Of a stretch of 64,000 nt of DNA, positions 1 through 10,381 are shown in pieces (the first letter of the stretch is position 1; every line of letters begins with the position of its first letter). The notes under the pieces are model-generated. The model searched no databases. It was not told the origin of the DNA and worked only from the letters and a program-made list of their open reading frames with translations. This stretch comes from Sulfurovum sp. (GTDB taxonomy: Bacteria > Campylobacterota > Campylobacteria > Campylobacterales > Sulfurovaceae), in the NCBI GenBank assembly GCA_027065815.1, contig JAMONL010000222.1, positions 2,650 through 66,649 on the forward strand, in the 5' to 3' direction. A program made the translations under genes and the position numbers.

Positions 1-1
1 T

Positions 2-418
2 TCTTACAACAAGTTTTTCACCAATGGTCGCAACCTGAAGAGAAAGGTAATCAGCAAAAGGCTGACCGTCAATAGTTGAATTATTGATAGCATCAGCATC
101 TGCCAACTCATTGTCAAAGGCATGATTTACAACAGTTGAAAGAAGGTCTTTAAACTTGTCATTTTGTGCTACAAAGTCAGTCTGAGAGTTGATCTCAACA
201 ATAACAGCTTTTTTACCTTCAATTCTTACACCAATAGAACCTTCTGCAGCAGTCTTACCTGCTTTTTTCGCAGCAGCACCCATACCCTGGTCTCTTAGCC
301 ATTCAACTGCTTTGTCCATATCTCCATCAGACGCAGCGAGTGCTTTTTTACAGTCCATCATTCCTGCATCAGTCATCTCTCTGAGTTTTTTAATGTCTTT
401 AGGTCCAAAGTTCGCCAT
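2..418 (-). CDS. tsf: Elongation factor Ts (N-terminal part; runs off window edge)
   Basis: Manual translation from ATG 418: MANFGPKDIKKLREMTDAGMMDCKKAL...KKAGKTAAEG...EINSQTDFVA; directly downstream of rpsB. Confidence 0.97.
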   Translation of the reverse strand, partial: MANFGPKDIKKLREMTDAGMMDCKKALAASDGDMDKAVEWLRDQGMGAAAKKAGKTAAEGSIGVRIEGKKAVIVEINSQTDFVAQNDKFKDLLSTVVNHAFDNELADADAINNSTIDGQPFADYLSLQVATIGEKLVVR

Positions 419-419
419 A

Positions 420-1466
420 TTACGCCTCCGCCAATTCTTTTGCAGATGCAACAGCGTCTCTGAAGTTTCCTTTGAAGCTGTATTTTTCTTCCATAACTTC
501 GATCTGAGCATCCGTCATATTTGCAACATCCGCAAAAGTATAGAAACCTTCGTCATTCAATTTACCCTGATAGACTTTACCGACACCGGCGATCTTAGTA
601 AGGTCATCTCCCTTTTTATCAGAAGTTTCTTTGGCTTCTGTTTTAACCGGTGCAGCTTTCTCTTCAACAAGTTTTTCAACTTCAGCTTCAGTTGCCGGAG
701 CTGCCGCTTCTTCAGCTGCTGCCTCAGCCATAACTGTTTCCATTTCACCAGCAGATACTTCTTCTGCTGCTTCACCATTCGCTTCAGCGTATGCTGCTTT
801 ACCTTCGATAATCGCTTCAGCCATCTCTTTACAGAAAAGGTTAATAGATCTGATCGCATCATCATTTCCTGGGATCGGGTAATCAACTACATCCGGATCA
901 CAGTTAGTGTCTAGTGGTGCAACCACTTTCATTCCCATTCTTCTTGCTTCTTTAACAGCAATGTGCTCTTTAACAACATCCACAACAAACATCATGTCCG
1001 GAAGTTTTTTCATGTGTCTGAAACCTTCTAGGTATGAAGACAATTTCTCTTTCTTTCTTAAAAGCATCAATGCTTCTTTTTTAGTCAACATATCAAGCTG
1101 ACCATTCTCTTCCATCTGCTCGATGATCTCAAGTTTTCTGATAGATTTTTTCATTGTTGGGTAGTTTGTTAACATTCCACCTAACCATCTTGTTGCAACG
1201 TAAGGCATACCACATCTCTCAGCATGTTCTTTTACTGCTTGTCTCGCTTGTTTTTTAGTACCTACGAAAAGAACTGTTTGTCCCTCTGCAGCTGCATCTC
1301 TAACAACATTGTATGTATATTTGAAATATCTAAGTGTTTTTTGAAGGTCAATAATATAAATGTTCTTTCTTGCACCGAAAATAAATTTCTTCATTTTTGG
1401 ATTCCATCTTCTTGTTTGGTGTCCGAAGTGTACTCCACACTCCAATAGGTCTTTCATTGTTACCAT
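420..1466 (-). CDS. rpsB: 30S ribosomal protein S2 with acidic linker and C-terminal HhH-like domain
   Basis: [19 protein letters not shown] and PGNDDAIRS motifs; start set at ATG 1466 behind AAGGAG. Confidence 0.98.
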   Translation of the reverse strand: MVTMKDLLECGVHFGHQTRRWNPKMKKFIFGARKNIYIIDLQKTLRYFKYTYNVVRDAAAEGQTVLFVGTKKQARQAVKEHAERCGMPYVATRWLGGMLTNYPTMKKSIRKLEIIEQMEENGQLDMLTKKEALMLLRKKEKLSSYLEGFRHMKKLPDMMFVVDVVKEHIAVKEARRMGMKVVAPLDTNCDPDVVDYPIPGNDDAIRSINLFCKEMAEAIIEGKAAYAEANGEAAEEVSAGEMETVMAEAAAEEAAAPATEAEVEKLVEEKAAPVKTEAKETSDKKGDDLTKIAGVGKVYQGKLNDEGFYTFADVANMTDAQIEVMEEKYSFKGNFRDAVASAKELAEA

Positions 1467-1679
1467 AAGTTCTCCTTGGTATATCGTTAATAGAACATTC
1501 ATCTGTGAACATTCAGTTAAAAGCATAGCTTCATCACTAGGTTTTAGAATTGAATTGGTAATTCATTCAAATCATCCGCTGCAGTCATCAACACACAAGG
1601 TGCAACCAGTCAAGGAATAACTACATGAGTATTTCCGTTATTCAAGCTGTCAGACAGCTGTAGGTGAATAAGGAACATG

Positions 1680-1685
1680 ATTATA
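1680..1685 (-). promoter_or_regulatory. Predicted -10 box (TATAAT) of rpsB-tsf, giving a ~205-nt leader
   Basis: attata at 1680-1685 on + strand. Confidence 0.55.
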
Positions 1686-1736
1686 TCGAAAAGGTGTTTA
1701 AGATTTTATAAAAGAAGGTATTTTGATCTATTTTCT

Positions 1737-1764
1737 GTAGGAACAAGGTACACCTTGCCCCTAC
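1737..1764. repeat. GTAG-type REP-like palindrome
   Basis: GTAGGAACAAGGTACACCTTGCCCCTAC. Confidence 0.6.
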
Positions 1765-1788
1765 TGTATAAGCAGAAAAATGAAGCCA

Positions 1789-2049
1789 TTATTTCCGTGT
1801 ATAGTTATGCACTTTTAGTTCAGTTTGCCTTGCAATTATTCTTCTGTATCTCGGTATGCAAGACATAACGATGACAAAGATAGCAACTAGTGCACTTGCA
1901 ATTGTCAAAAGTTTGATCTCAAAAAAAGAGATGAAAAAGACAATTAACGCAAGAAGCAGTATCTCTACTGTCAAATAATATTTAGGTCTATTATTTCTCC
2001 CTTTTACTCTTCTCTCTCTTTGCCCGGAACCAGTAATGTGAGCCTGCAT
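1789..2049 (-). CDS. Small two-TM hypothetical protein
   Basis: Two hydrophobic segments; AAGGA upstream of ATG 2049. Confidence 0.65.
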   Translation of the reverse strand: MQAHITGSGQRERRVKGRNNRPKYYLTVEILLLALIVFFISFFEIKLLTIASALVAIFVIVMSCIPRYRRIIARQTELKVHNYTRK

Positions 2050-2091
2050 CAAAATCCTTTCCTAGCATTAAAATTGGGCATTATTATACTC

Positions 2092-2559
2092 TTATTTCTG
2101 CAAGATTTCAAGTTTTTCTTTGACCTCTTCTACATGCCCTTTAACCTTTACTTTTGGCCAGACTGCTGCGATCTTTCCGTCAGGATCAATAATAAAAGTG
2201 CTTCTCACTACACCCATATACTCTTTTCCCATAAACTTTTTAAGCTGCCATACACCAAAAAGATTACAAAGTTCCTTATCCTCATCTGCCAAAAGTGTGA
2301 TCTTCAGATCTTTCTTTTCTATAAAGTTTCTGTGTTTCTTTGATGAATCAGGGCTGACACCAAGTACTATGGCAGAAAGTGCTTCAAAATTCGGCAATGC
2401 TTCTGTAAAATCACAGGCTTCGGTCGTACATCCGGGAGTATTGTCCTTCGGGTAAAAATAGAGTACGATCCATCTTCCTTTGATATCTCTGAGGCAGATC
2501 TCCTCTTCATCTTGATTCGGCAGACAAAAATCCGGTGCCTGGCTTCCAACTTCTAACAT
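2092..2559 (-). CDS. bcp: Thiol peroxidase Bcp/PrxQ
   Basis: YFYPKDNTPGCTTEAC motif; start ATG 2559 with AAGGA. Confidence 0.95.
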   Translation of the reverse strand: MLEVGSQAPDFCLPNQDEEEICLRDIKGRWIVLYFYPKDNTPGCTTEACDFTEALPNFEALSAIVLGVSPDSSKKHRNFIEKKDLKITLLADEDKELCNLFGVWQLKKFMGKEYMGVVRSTFIIDPDGKIAAVWPKVKVKGHVEEVKEKLEILQK

Positions 2560-2622
2560 TTTAAATCCTTTCATTTCTCATTTTTAATTTCTAATTTCTA
2601 ATTCATTTGCTAGTATATCAAA

Positions 2623-2838
2623 ATGAATACAAAAAATAAACAAAGCAAAGAAGAACTGCTCAAAGAGATAGACGAACTCATCTCCTACGGTAAAAAAGAT
2701 CCGACAATAAACCCTGCATTGTTAGCCTATCTTGGGATCGAAGATCTGATCTCCATCAAGGCAAAGCTGCTTGATAAGGTTGGTACGCTCAGCCAGGAAG
2801 ATAAGGAATGGCTGGAGCAATTCAAAAAATATGAATAA
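2623..2838 (+). CDS. Hypothetical protein
   Basis: 71-aa ORF filling the gap; no recognisable motif. Confidence 0.65.
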   Translation: MNTKNKQSKEELLKEIDELISYGKKDPTINPALLAYLGIEDLISIKAKLLDKVGTLSQEDKEWLEQFKKYE

Positions 2839-2921
2839 GATTAAAATTTCATCATCTTTATTAGTGATTCAATAGTCTTTCTTGACTATAATGATAAAAG
2901 ATATAAATAAAGGACTAGCAA

Positions 2922-3263
2922 ATGCAAATTACTTACGGCCCCTATAAGATCAGAACCCATGAATTGGACAACAAACTTGCGGTACAGGTAACCTCTGATT
3001 TTGGTGCAACACAAATGATCGAAGAAGCCCACGAAGCACATGATTTCCCCAACGGTATCTCTTTTAATATTGAAAATATTTCTGAAAAACCTGAAGCCAA
3101 AGGCTTAAAAAGATATTCATTTGGTGATTATACTTTTATTCTTGGTATTAACTATAATGGTGAATTGTGTCTTTATCATAGTGTCCAACTCTATGTAAGC
3201 AAAAAAGTAATTGACAATATCGATACATTGACCTTGGCATTTTTATCGGAGCCCAAAGCGTAA
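2922..3263 (+). CDS. Hypothetical protein
   Basis: 113-aa ORF with AAGGA RBS and upstream TATAAT. Confidence 0.75.
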   Translation: MQITYGPYKIRTHELDNKLAVQVTSDFGATQMIEEAHEAHDFPNGISFNIENISEKPEAKGLKRYSFGDYTFILGINYNGELCLYHSVQLYVSKKVIDNIDTLTLAFLSEPKA

Positions 3264-3332
3264 GACAGCAGGAATAAAATTTAAGTTCGTACCAGACCAG
3301 CACCGATTGTTAGCTCTCTGATGCTGTGGTTT

Positions 3333-4076
3333 TCAGGTACGTGTATTGAACGTGTTATTGAGGATGGTATTGTTGAGATATATCTTGCCATAGGCTTCCG
3401 ACTTCAACATATCAGAGAGAAAGTCAACTTGCTTCTTTCCATGTACATCCGAACCTAAAAAACTTATCATACCGGATCTGCTTAAAAATTCCGCCAATCT
3501 TTTTGCAGTTTTACCGTAGTGGCCGCCCAATGAATTGAGATTCACCTGAAGAAGTACGCCAAGTTCTTTGAATCTACTGTACTCACGCTCAGGGTCTTTA
3601 ATATAGCGGTAACGTTCCGGATGTGCCATAACAGGGATATACCCTGCCGCACTGATCTCAAAGATCATCTCTTCAAGCTGCAGCGGTTTGGCAAAATAGG
3701 ATGTCTCGAATAAAATATATTTACCTTCAAGCGTCATCATATCTCCCCGTTCCAAATGATCCAGGAAACCATCATCCAGATAATATTCGGCGGCAGCCTC
3801 TATGATGATATCGATCCCTTTCTCTTTGGCAGCTACTCTGAGTTCTACCAATCCGTTTCTTATGATCTCTGGTGTATTGCAATAGCTGTCTTTCATGATA
3901 TGCGGTGTCGTAATGATCTTATCATACCCCAGATCTTTCATTCCCTGAAGCAGAGAAAGACTCTCCTCCATAGTCCTGGATCCATCATCAATACCGGGGA
4001 TCAGATGAGAATGCACATCCACTTTGAGAGAAGGAACATCTTTCATGGGTTTTTTGGTTTTAAAAAAAGAAAACAT
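3333..4076 (-). CDS. CpsB/CapC-family PHP tyrosine-protein phosphatase
   Basis: DVHSHLIPGIDDG, TTPH, AHPERY, GSDVH motifs. Confidence 0.9.
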   Translation of the reverse strand: MFSFFKTKKPMKDVPSLKVDVHSHLIPGIDDGSRTMEESLSLLQGMKDLGYDKIITTPHIMKDSYCNTPEIIRNGLVELRVAAKEKGIDIIIEAAAEYYLDDGFLDHLERGDMMTLEGKYILFETSYFAKPLQLEEMIFEISAAGYIPVMAHPERYRYIKDPEREYSRFKELGVLLQVNLNSLGGHYGKTAKRLAEFLSRSGMISFLGSDVHGKKQVDFLSDMLKSEAYGKIYLNNTILNNTFNTRT

Positions 4077-4139
4077 TACTTTTACCTACTACACTATAAA
4101 TTAGCACTTGATAACGATTATAACACATAAACTTCCATA

Positions 4140-5579
4140 TCACTTTCTCAGATCTTCAGAACGGTTATATTCGATATTATACTTTTTAAGCAACTCATCC
4201 TGCCGGCCCAGTGCTTCCTCTTTATCTATTATCACTTTCACCCCGTCTTTATCTTCTAGTACAATAAATTTCTCTTCCATGTTTTCCATCATTGCATAAA
4301 ATTCTTTAAAATTCTTAAATGGCTTGCCATTAATGGTATCGATGGCCCACATCCCGAAATTGTTGTCACCGCGACTGATATCAGATGCCAATACCTTCAA
4401 GAGTATCACTACTTCATCTTTATCTTCTTCTTTCCATTTTGAAGCGAGACAAGACATTCTCAAACGGTTTCGATTTGTCGAGCGTATCAAATTTCTTGTA
4501 AGGGGAGAAAAAACATACCCTCCGTAAATATAATACGTTGGCATGCTGTCATAGCGTGTGGTCTTAACCAGAAACATATCGTCTGCTACATTTTTCAGTA
4601 TTCCGCTGACTTTCATAGGTTTTCTGTCCCTGATAATATCAAAATTGATACGGTCACCCATTTGATGCGCATCCACATAATAATTATAATCCGTATATTC
4701 ATGTTTTCTAAATGCGATCGTTCCATCATTTTCAATGTTATGCCCATCGATAGCCGTTAAAATATCACCTACTTTGAAAACCGATTTCATGGAAGAGTTG
4801 TACACGATCTTGTCGATCAGTTTTCCGCTGACAGAATTATCAAGTCCGTAATACCTTCGCATTGCCGGATTTTCAAGTTTCTGGGTACCTATACCCAATT
4901 CAGCAAAACCGTCATACTTCCCGTCTTTCATATCCGTAATGAAATGTTTTACCATATTGATCGGAACCAGATAACCGATATTCTGTGATTTGGAGATCAC
5001 CTGCATCACAACACCGACGATCTTTCCGTTAGAAAGTGCAGGTCCTCCAGAGTTACCGGGATTGACCGCTGCATCCACCTGCACAGCTAAAAAAGTCTCT
5101 CCGCTGTGTGCATAGGTATGATGTTCTACTCTTGAAACCACTCCGATCGTTGCCGAAAGTGTACTTCCTCCCATAGGATAGCCATAAACAACAATCTTCT
5201 GTTCCACTTCAGGAAGGCTCCCAAAAGTAAGTGGTGTCACACCGGAAGAGAATGACTCCTCTTCCACTTTCAAAAGTGCAAGATCCGCCTGATGGGATAC
5301 AGCAAAAACTTTGGCGATATAACGTTTTCGTTCTCCATAGCGCTGTACTTCCAAAAAAGCCTGATTGGCGACCACATGCGCATTGGTCAGAATATATCCA
5401 CCTTCAATGATAGTACCTGATCCGGTACTGCTTCCCATAGAAGTACTCCATGGAGAAAGATAGTTTGGTATCTTGGATACATTGTAGATCTTTACGATCG
5501 CTTGTTTGGTGATGTCTTCTTTTTCTGTTTGTGCCGTTAAAAAAAGTGTACTTAGCAGAAGTGTCAATAATAATTTCAT
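4140..5579 (-). CDS. Secreted HtrA/Deg-type serine protease with PDZ domains
   Basis: Signal peptide; TNAHVV, DLALL, GNSGGP catalytic triad. Confidence 0.92.
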   Translation of the reverse strand: MKLLLTLLLSTLFLTAQTEKEDITKQAIVKIYNVSKIPNYLSPWSTSMGSSTGSGTIIEGGYILTNAHVVANQAFLEVQRYGERKRYIAKVFAVSHQADLALLKVEEESFSSGVTPLTFGSLPEVEQKIVVYGYPMGGSTLSATIGVVSRVEHHTYAHSGETFLAVQVDAAVNPGNSGGPALSNGKIVGVVMQVISKSQNIGYLVPINMVKHFITDMKDGKYDGFAELGIGTQKLENPAMRRYYGLDNSVSGKLIDKIVYNSSMKSVFKVGDILTAIDGHNIENDGTIAFRKHEYTDYNYYVDAHQMGDRINFDIIRDRKPMKVSGILKNVADDMFLVKTTRYDSMPTYYIYGGYVFSPLTRNLIRSTNRNRLRMSCLASKWKEEDKDEVVILLKVLASDISRGDNNFGMWAIDTINGKPFKNFKEFYAMMENMEEKFIVLEDKDGVKVIIDKEEALGRQDELLKKYNIEYNRSEDLRK

Positions 5580-5626
5580 TCTTTTCCTTCGTTTTTATCG
5601 TCTATTGGTACTGTGAAATACAATAC

Positions 5627-6070
5627 CTAATACATTTCTGCATCAAAACACTCAATACCTCGTGCAAGTGCCTCTTTTGCCATCAATCCTGCTTCATCTA
5701 TGGTAAGCAGATTTTTTTCTTCATCATAGAGCCTTGCTGAACAGACACCACAGCTTGGGCTTCTGTCTTTACCTATGAAAATATCGACATCTGTATGGGT
5801 ATCAAAAAAGCTTCGGGCATATCCTTCTACAGCAAAGGAAAGATCTGTTCCGGTTTTATTGGAAAGTGCCCTGCTCCCCTGCGCTGTTTTTACCAGATCC
5901 ATTGTCGGACGGGGAGTGCCGAAAGCATGATCTTCCGGGCAAAAAGGGATCAGCTCACATCCCTCCAGTTTAGTGATAAGTACATCATCACGGTTGTCTG
6001 TTGCATCATAACGGCATTTCTCACCTAAAAGGCAGGCAGATATAGCTACTTTTGGCATATCAGTAGACAA
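5627..6070 (-). CDS. DUF523/TudS-family (2-thiouracil desulfidase-like) Fe-S protein
   Basis: SACLLGEKCRYD, CPE, SPSCG motifs. Confidence 0.85.
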   Translation of the reverse strand: MSTDMPKVAISACLLGEKCRYDATDNRDDVLITKLEGCELIPFCPEDHAFGTPRPTMDLVKTAQGSRALSNKTGTDLSFAVEGYARSFFDTHTDVDIFIGKDRSPSCGVCSARLYDEEKNLLTIDEAGLMAKEALARGIECFDAEMY

Positions 6071-6536
6071 ACAGGAGAAGATAGACCCAGATCCCCGTTA
6101 ACGAGGTCAGAGTGATCCCGATGAAGGTACGAAATCCTGCTTTTATGTGTGAACGGCTGTATGGTCCCGGCAATCCGCTTTCATAATCTTTTCTCGCACG
6201 TATCAATGTACTTGCCCAGATACCCAGTGTGATCACAGAAATAACAATATGTATCATCAACACCACAAAGAGATAATTATGGGAGACATTTGTGTTTTTC
6301 ACAAAGGCTTCATAACCACCACCCAAACGCACGCCATATTCAAAATATCCTACAACAATGATCGAGACAATGAATATCAGCGTTTGAACAAGTGCATGCA
6401 GATTATAATCTTTACGTTTTGCAAAATAGATCGCCATCCCTACCAACAATGGCAACAAGGCGACGATCAGTGTAACGAAATCCATAAAAAATGGAGCCTT
6501 TGTCCCTAAAAAACCAGGTTGAAACATATAATTCAC
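6060..6536 (-). CDS. DUF420 family membrane protein
   Basis: Four TM helices with conserved His; C-terminal TGIWVY. Confidence 0.8.
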   Translation of the reverse strand: MNYMFQPGFLGTKAPFFMDFVTLIVALLPLLVGMAIYFAKRKDYNLHALVQTLIFIVSIIVVGYFEYGVRLGGGYEAFVKNTNVSHNYLFVVLMIHIVISVITLGIWASTLIRARKDYESGLPGPYSRSHIKAGFRTFIGITLTSLTGIWVYLLLFVY

Positions 6537-6546
6537 ATGGGCCCCT

Positions 6547-7995
6547 TTAACAAATAACCACAGATTTGATCTCAGTGAACTCTTCCAGTGCCCACTTTGG
6601 ACCTTCCCGTCCTACACCGGAAAGTTTTGAACCACCGTAAGGTTGTACATCAAAACGTAAGGTCGGGATATCATTGATCACCACACCACCGCATTGAGCA
6701 TCATCTATAAAACGCTGTGTCATTTTCAGATCATTGGTAAAGATGGAAAACTGCAGGCCGAAAGGAGAATCATTCATCTTTTCAATAGCAGTCTCATACC
6801 CAGATACTTCAATAAGACTGACGATCGGAGCAAAAACCTCTTCACAAATGATATTCATATCATCTGTGACATTTACCATAACTGTCGGAGGAAAAATACC
6901 ATTTACCTCTTCTCCGCCTGTAAGTATGAATGCCCCTTCATTTCTTGCAGATGCCACCCATGTTTTCGCTCTGTGTTTCGAGTCGGCATCGATCAATGGA
7001 CCCATAAACGTATCTTCTTCATAAGGAGACCCAATCTTCAGAGTCTGTACCTCTTTTGCCAAATGCTCAGCAAACTCATCATAAACATCGGAGTGTACAT
7101 AGATACGCTGAAGAGAGATACAGACCTGTCCGGAATTTACAAATGCACCATAGGTACAACGCTCTGCTGCGTACTGTACATCAGCACTTTTATCGATGTA
7201 TGTTGCCGCATTCCCTCCAAGTTCAAGACTCACTTTCTTAATGCCTGCCTGTTTGGTAATAATGTTTCCTACAGATACAGAACCCGTAAAAGAGATCACC
7301 CTGGGGATACTGTTGCTCACCAGTGCAGAACCCACTTCCGCATCACCATAGACGACAGAGAGTGCATCTTTGACAGCGAATTCCGACTCAATAAAAAGTT
7401 TTGCCAGCATATAAGCTATCATCGGCGCTTCAGGAGTAGGTTTAAGTACCACAGTATTTCCTGCTCCCAATGCCGGTGCCAGTTTATGCGCTACCAGATT
7501 TAAAGGGAAATTGAACGGGGTAATGCAAACCACAACACCTACAGGTTCACGTCTGTAAAATGCCAGGGTTTTTTTGCCGCTTGGCATGATATCTGTGGGA
7601 ATGGTCTCACCATTAAGATTAGCCATTTCAAGTACAGTCAGGAAAAGTGTTTCCGAACATCTGTCCACTTCAAGACGGGCAAAAGCAATAGGTTTTCCCA
7701 CCTCCTTTGCCAGCATTAAAGCAAAATCTTCTCTATATACCTGTAATTTTCTTGCCACATCTTCCAACCATAAGAGACGTTGGGACATCTCTATTTTTGC
7801 AGCAGCAGGTGCTGCTTCTTTGGCTATTTGAAGTGCTTTCTCTGCATCTCCTGCATCACAGATCTGTGCGATACTCACTACAATACCGTCATACGGACTA
7901 CATCGTTCCGATTTCTCTTCTTTGGTTGCTTCTTCTGAACCAAAAAAGATCTTTGCTTCTACTTCGTCATCAAATGTTCCAAACATCATAACCAC
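6547..7995 (-). CDS. NAD(P)-dependent aldehyde dehydrogenase
   Basis: ITPFNFP, FTGS, LELGGN, GQVCIS, EEVFAP motifs. Confidence 0.95.
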   Translation of the reverse strand: MVMMFGTFDDEVEAKIFFGSEEATKEEKSERCSPYDGIVVSIAQICDAGDAEKALQIAKEAAPAAAKIEMSQRLLWLEDVARKLQVYREDFALMLAKEVGKPIAFARLEVDRCSETLFLTVLEMANLNGETIPTDIMPSGKKTLAFYRREPVGVVVCITPFNFPLNLVAHKLAPALGAGNTVVLKPTPEAPMIAYMLAKLFIESEFAVKDALSVVYGDAEVGSALVSNSIPRVISFTGSVSVGNIITKQAGIKKVSLELGGNAATYIDKSADVQYAAERCTYGAFVNSGQVCISLQRIYVHSDVYDEFAEHLAKEVQTLKIGSPYEEDTFMGPLIDADSKHRAKTWVASARNEGAFILTGGEEVNGIFPPTVMVNVTDDMNIICEEVFAPIVSLIEVSGYETAIEKMNDSPFGLQFSIFTNDLKMTQRFIDDAQCGGVVINDIPTLRFDVQPYGGSKLSGVGREGPKWALEEFTEIKSVVIC

Positions 7996-8064
7996 CTGTC
8001 TTATAAAATTGATTGATTATAACAAATTCGGGATAATAAAAGGTAAGTTATGGTTAAAGTGTGA

Positions 8065-8295
8065 TTATTTTTTAGAAGAACAGGAGGAACTGTCACAATA
8101 ACTTTTCTTCAGGACAAACTTATAAATAAGATCCTTGATCATGAGGAGTAGACAAAAGACCCACAAAATATTCATGATAATATTGTCTTTGTACTCAAGA
8201 CCATAGCGAAGCAGCGGCCATCCAAAGAGGATGATGTACTTCATATAGTAAAAAAAGAGGATCCCTACGCCATAGATCTCTTTTAAGATTTTCAT
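8065..8295 (-). CDS. Small membrane protein, last gene of the nap run
   Basis: Hydrophobic 76-aa ORF, 5 bp after the previous stop. Confidence 0.65.
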   Translation of the reverse strand: MKILKEIYGVGILFFYYMKYIILFGWPLLRYGLEYKDNIIMNILWVFCLLLMIKDLIYKFVLKKSYCDSSSCSSKK

Positions 8296-8300
8296 TTTAT

Positions 8301-8630
8301 TCAGCTTCCAAAATTTGGAGTACCGTCAAAGTTCGGTGTACCGTCCGGCATATTTTCTTCACCGTTTCTTTTGGCTTCCTGCTCTGCTTCATAAGCATTC
8401 ATCTGCATACGTACTTCATTGATCTGCTCCGGAGTAACATTGTCATCACTTGACCAGACCACTTCTACAGCACCGTCATACTCTTTACCCATCTCTTCCA
8501 CCTTGTCTGCATATTCAAAAACATCCAGACAGACAATTGGCGCTTCATCTTCCTTCATAGTGTCTATTAACTCTATGTACCATCGTCCTAACGGACTTGT
8601 TTTAATAGTTGATTCTATCATTCCTGCCAT
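8301..8630 (-). CDS. Acidic hypothetical protein
   Basis: 109 aa, GGAG RBS, follows napD; ends with DGTPNF twice. Confidence 0.75.
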   Translation of the reverse strand: MAGMIESTIKTSPLGRWYIELIDTMKEDEAPIVCLDVFEYADKVEEMGKEYDGAVEVVWSSDDNVTPEQINEVRMQMNAYEAEQEAKRNGEENMPDGTPNFDGTPNFGS

Positions 8631-8639
8631 ACTTTACTC

Positions 8640-8999
8640 CTAAAAACCAAAATCTTTTTTCTTTAAGTCACCGTTATAGACAATATCTCTGGCATCAATA
8701 GTATCATCATTCAGCATTGAGGGAACCGGATCCTGTGCTTCAAGGTTCTTGATCTCTTCGTCGAGAGAATCTTCCTGATAGGTCATCATCATATCTGCAG
8801 CCATCACTTTTGACATTTGCTGAATCTTAACAAGTTTTTCGATCTCTTCACCCACATCCTTACCTTCAATGGTCACAATAATCTTCCCCTTCTCTTTGTC
8901 ATGTAAATGATACTCACAAAGTTCTGAGTTCTTAAAATCTTCTACCAGTTCATCTATATATTTTGATGGTGCCTGCACCACAATACTTGATATATTCAT
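8640..8999 (-). CDS. napD: NapA signal-peptide chaperone NapD
   Basis: MNISSIVV and GKIIVTIEG motifs; nap context. Confidence 0.92.
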   Translation of the reverse strand: MNISSIVVQAPSKYIDELVEDFKNSELCEYHLHDKEKGKIIVTIEGKDVGEEIEKLVKIQQMSKVMAADMMMTYQEDSLDEEIKNLEAQDPVPSMLNDDTIDARDIVYNGDLKKKDFGF

Positions 9000-9021
9000 T
9001 TCAATTCCTTTTTAATATTAT

Positions 9022-9981
9022 TTATTTTTTAGAGGTATCCCATATCATGATGATATTATCATCTGAGGCTGAGAAAAGTCTATTTTCGTCTTGGAAAATA
9101 ATTACATTTAGTGTACTCTTTTGCCCTTTAAGCAAAGCTATTTTTGACTTACTTGATGTCTTATAGATGGATATATTGTTCTTTTCATCCATGGGAAAAG
9201 CTACTTTTTTGGCTGAAGGACTCAATGCTGTTGCATAAATGAGGAATTCGCCTTCTATGTAAGTGCCTTTTTTACTCTTCACATCATACAAAGACCCTCT
9301 TCTGTCCTGACCTGCACCAGAAACCATACCTGACTTAAAATCCACTTTATAAACATTATCGACATTTTGCCCCTGAAGCTCTTCAATGACTTTACCGCTT
9401 TTTACATCCACGACACTTAGCACACCACTTTCACAGGAAAATACAGCCCGTGTTCTGTCTTCATTTAACATAAAATCTGAAAATTTTGATTCACTCAGCT
9501 GTATTCGATATTGCTCTTTTTTACTTTCTATATCCAAGAGTGCTACTTCATCACCCAAATATCCCAGGAGAATATGGCCTTTATCTACAAAACGTGCTTT
9601 AACGATGGCTTCTTTATCTTCCGCTCCTACAAGTTTTGTTAATTTTTCCTCTTTGAACAAATAAAGATTTGAATAACCGCCTTTTCCGGAGTCACTCAAA
9701 AGAAGATATTGCTCTCCTATGGCATCTGCACTCATAACCCGTGCAGGCATTATATCACCCATGAAATCTTTGACATCGGGAATACTGATCTCTTTGATCT
9801 TCTCTCTGGATCCACTGTCATAAACTTCAATATGCCCCATATCAGTAGCAATGATTAATCTATTTTTATGCAAGATCATATCTTTTGCTGTACCGTTGAT
9901 CTCAATGGATGCGATCGGACTGAACGTATTAACGGCAAAAGAAGCAACGCTTATCATACAGAACAGTAAAATTTTTTTCAC
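9022..9981 (-). CDS. napL: Periplasmic WD40-like protein NapL
   Basis: Signal peptide, beta-propeller repeats ending SASDDNIIMIWD; between napF and napD. Confidence 0.85.
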   Translation of the reverse strand: MKKILLFCMISVASFAVNTFSPIASIEINGTAKDMILHKNRLIIATDMGHIEVYDSGSREKIKEISIPDVKDFMGDIMPARVMSADAIGEQYLLLSDSGKGGYSNLYLFKEEKLTKLVGAEDKEAIVKARFVDKGHILLGYLGDEVALLDIESKKEQYRIQLSESKFSDFMLNEDRTRAVFSCESGVLSVVDVKSGKVIEELQGQNVDNVYKVDFKSGMVSGAGQDRRGSLYDVKSKKGTYIEGEFLIYATALSPSAKKVAFPMDEKNNISIYKTSSKSKIALLKGQKSTLNVIIFQDENRLFSASDDNIIMIWDTSKK

Positions 9982-10316
9982 ACGATCTCCTCAATCTGAT
10001 CCAATACAAGATCTATGAGCTCTTCTCTAGCCAATGCTGATTTAACACCATAAAGATCTATCTCTGATGCCAAAAAATTTTCAAATGCATCTTTGTCATG
10101 AAGTTTGACCATGAATTGTTCCATCTTCTCAGAGCCTAAAGCATTTTGTACAGGCTCTGCAATATAGATCACATAATTATAATCTTCATGATCAAACTCA
10201 TACTCTTCCGAATCAAAATCTTCATAATTTTCATCAACATTCAAAAGATGTCTCAACTCCAACTCTTTGTCTTCAAGCTTATCAAAAAGTTTTGGGTACT
10301 TTTCTTCTAAATTCAT
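9978..10316 (-). CDS. Acidic hypothetical protein inside the nap cluster
   Basis: 112 aa, AGGAG RBS, stop overlaps the napL start. Confidence 0.75.
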   Translation of the reverse strand: MNLEEKYPKLFDKLEDKELELRHLLNVDENYEDFDSEEYEFDHEDYNYVIYIAEPVQNALGSEKMEQFMVKLHDKDAFENFLASEIDLYGVKSALAREELIDLVLDQIEEIV

Positions 10317-10381
10317 TTTTATTTTCTCCTGTCATTAGGGCATTCATATATAGCATAGTAGCACGATTTTATTCATAAATA

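Noticed and set aside
189-914. 241-aa plus-strand ORF (also 6694..7503, 41564..42214, 48940..49569 and similar)
   Set aside because: Antisense shadows of well-supported genes, with no motifs or RBS
8310-8346. DGTPNF tandem repeat as a repeat array
   Set aside because: Only two in-frame copies in a protein tail
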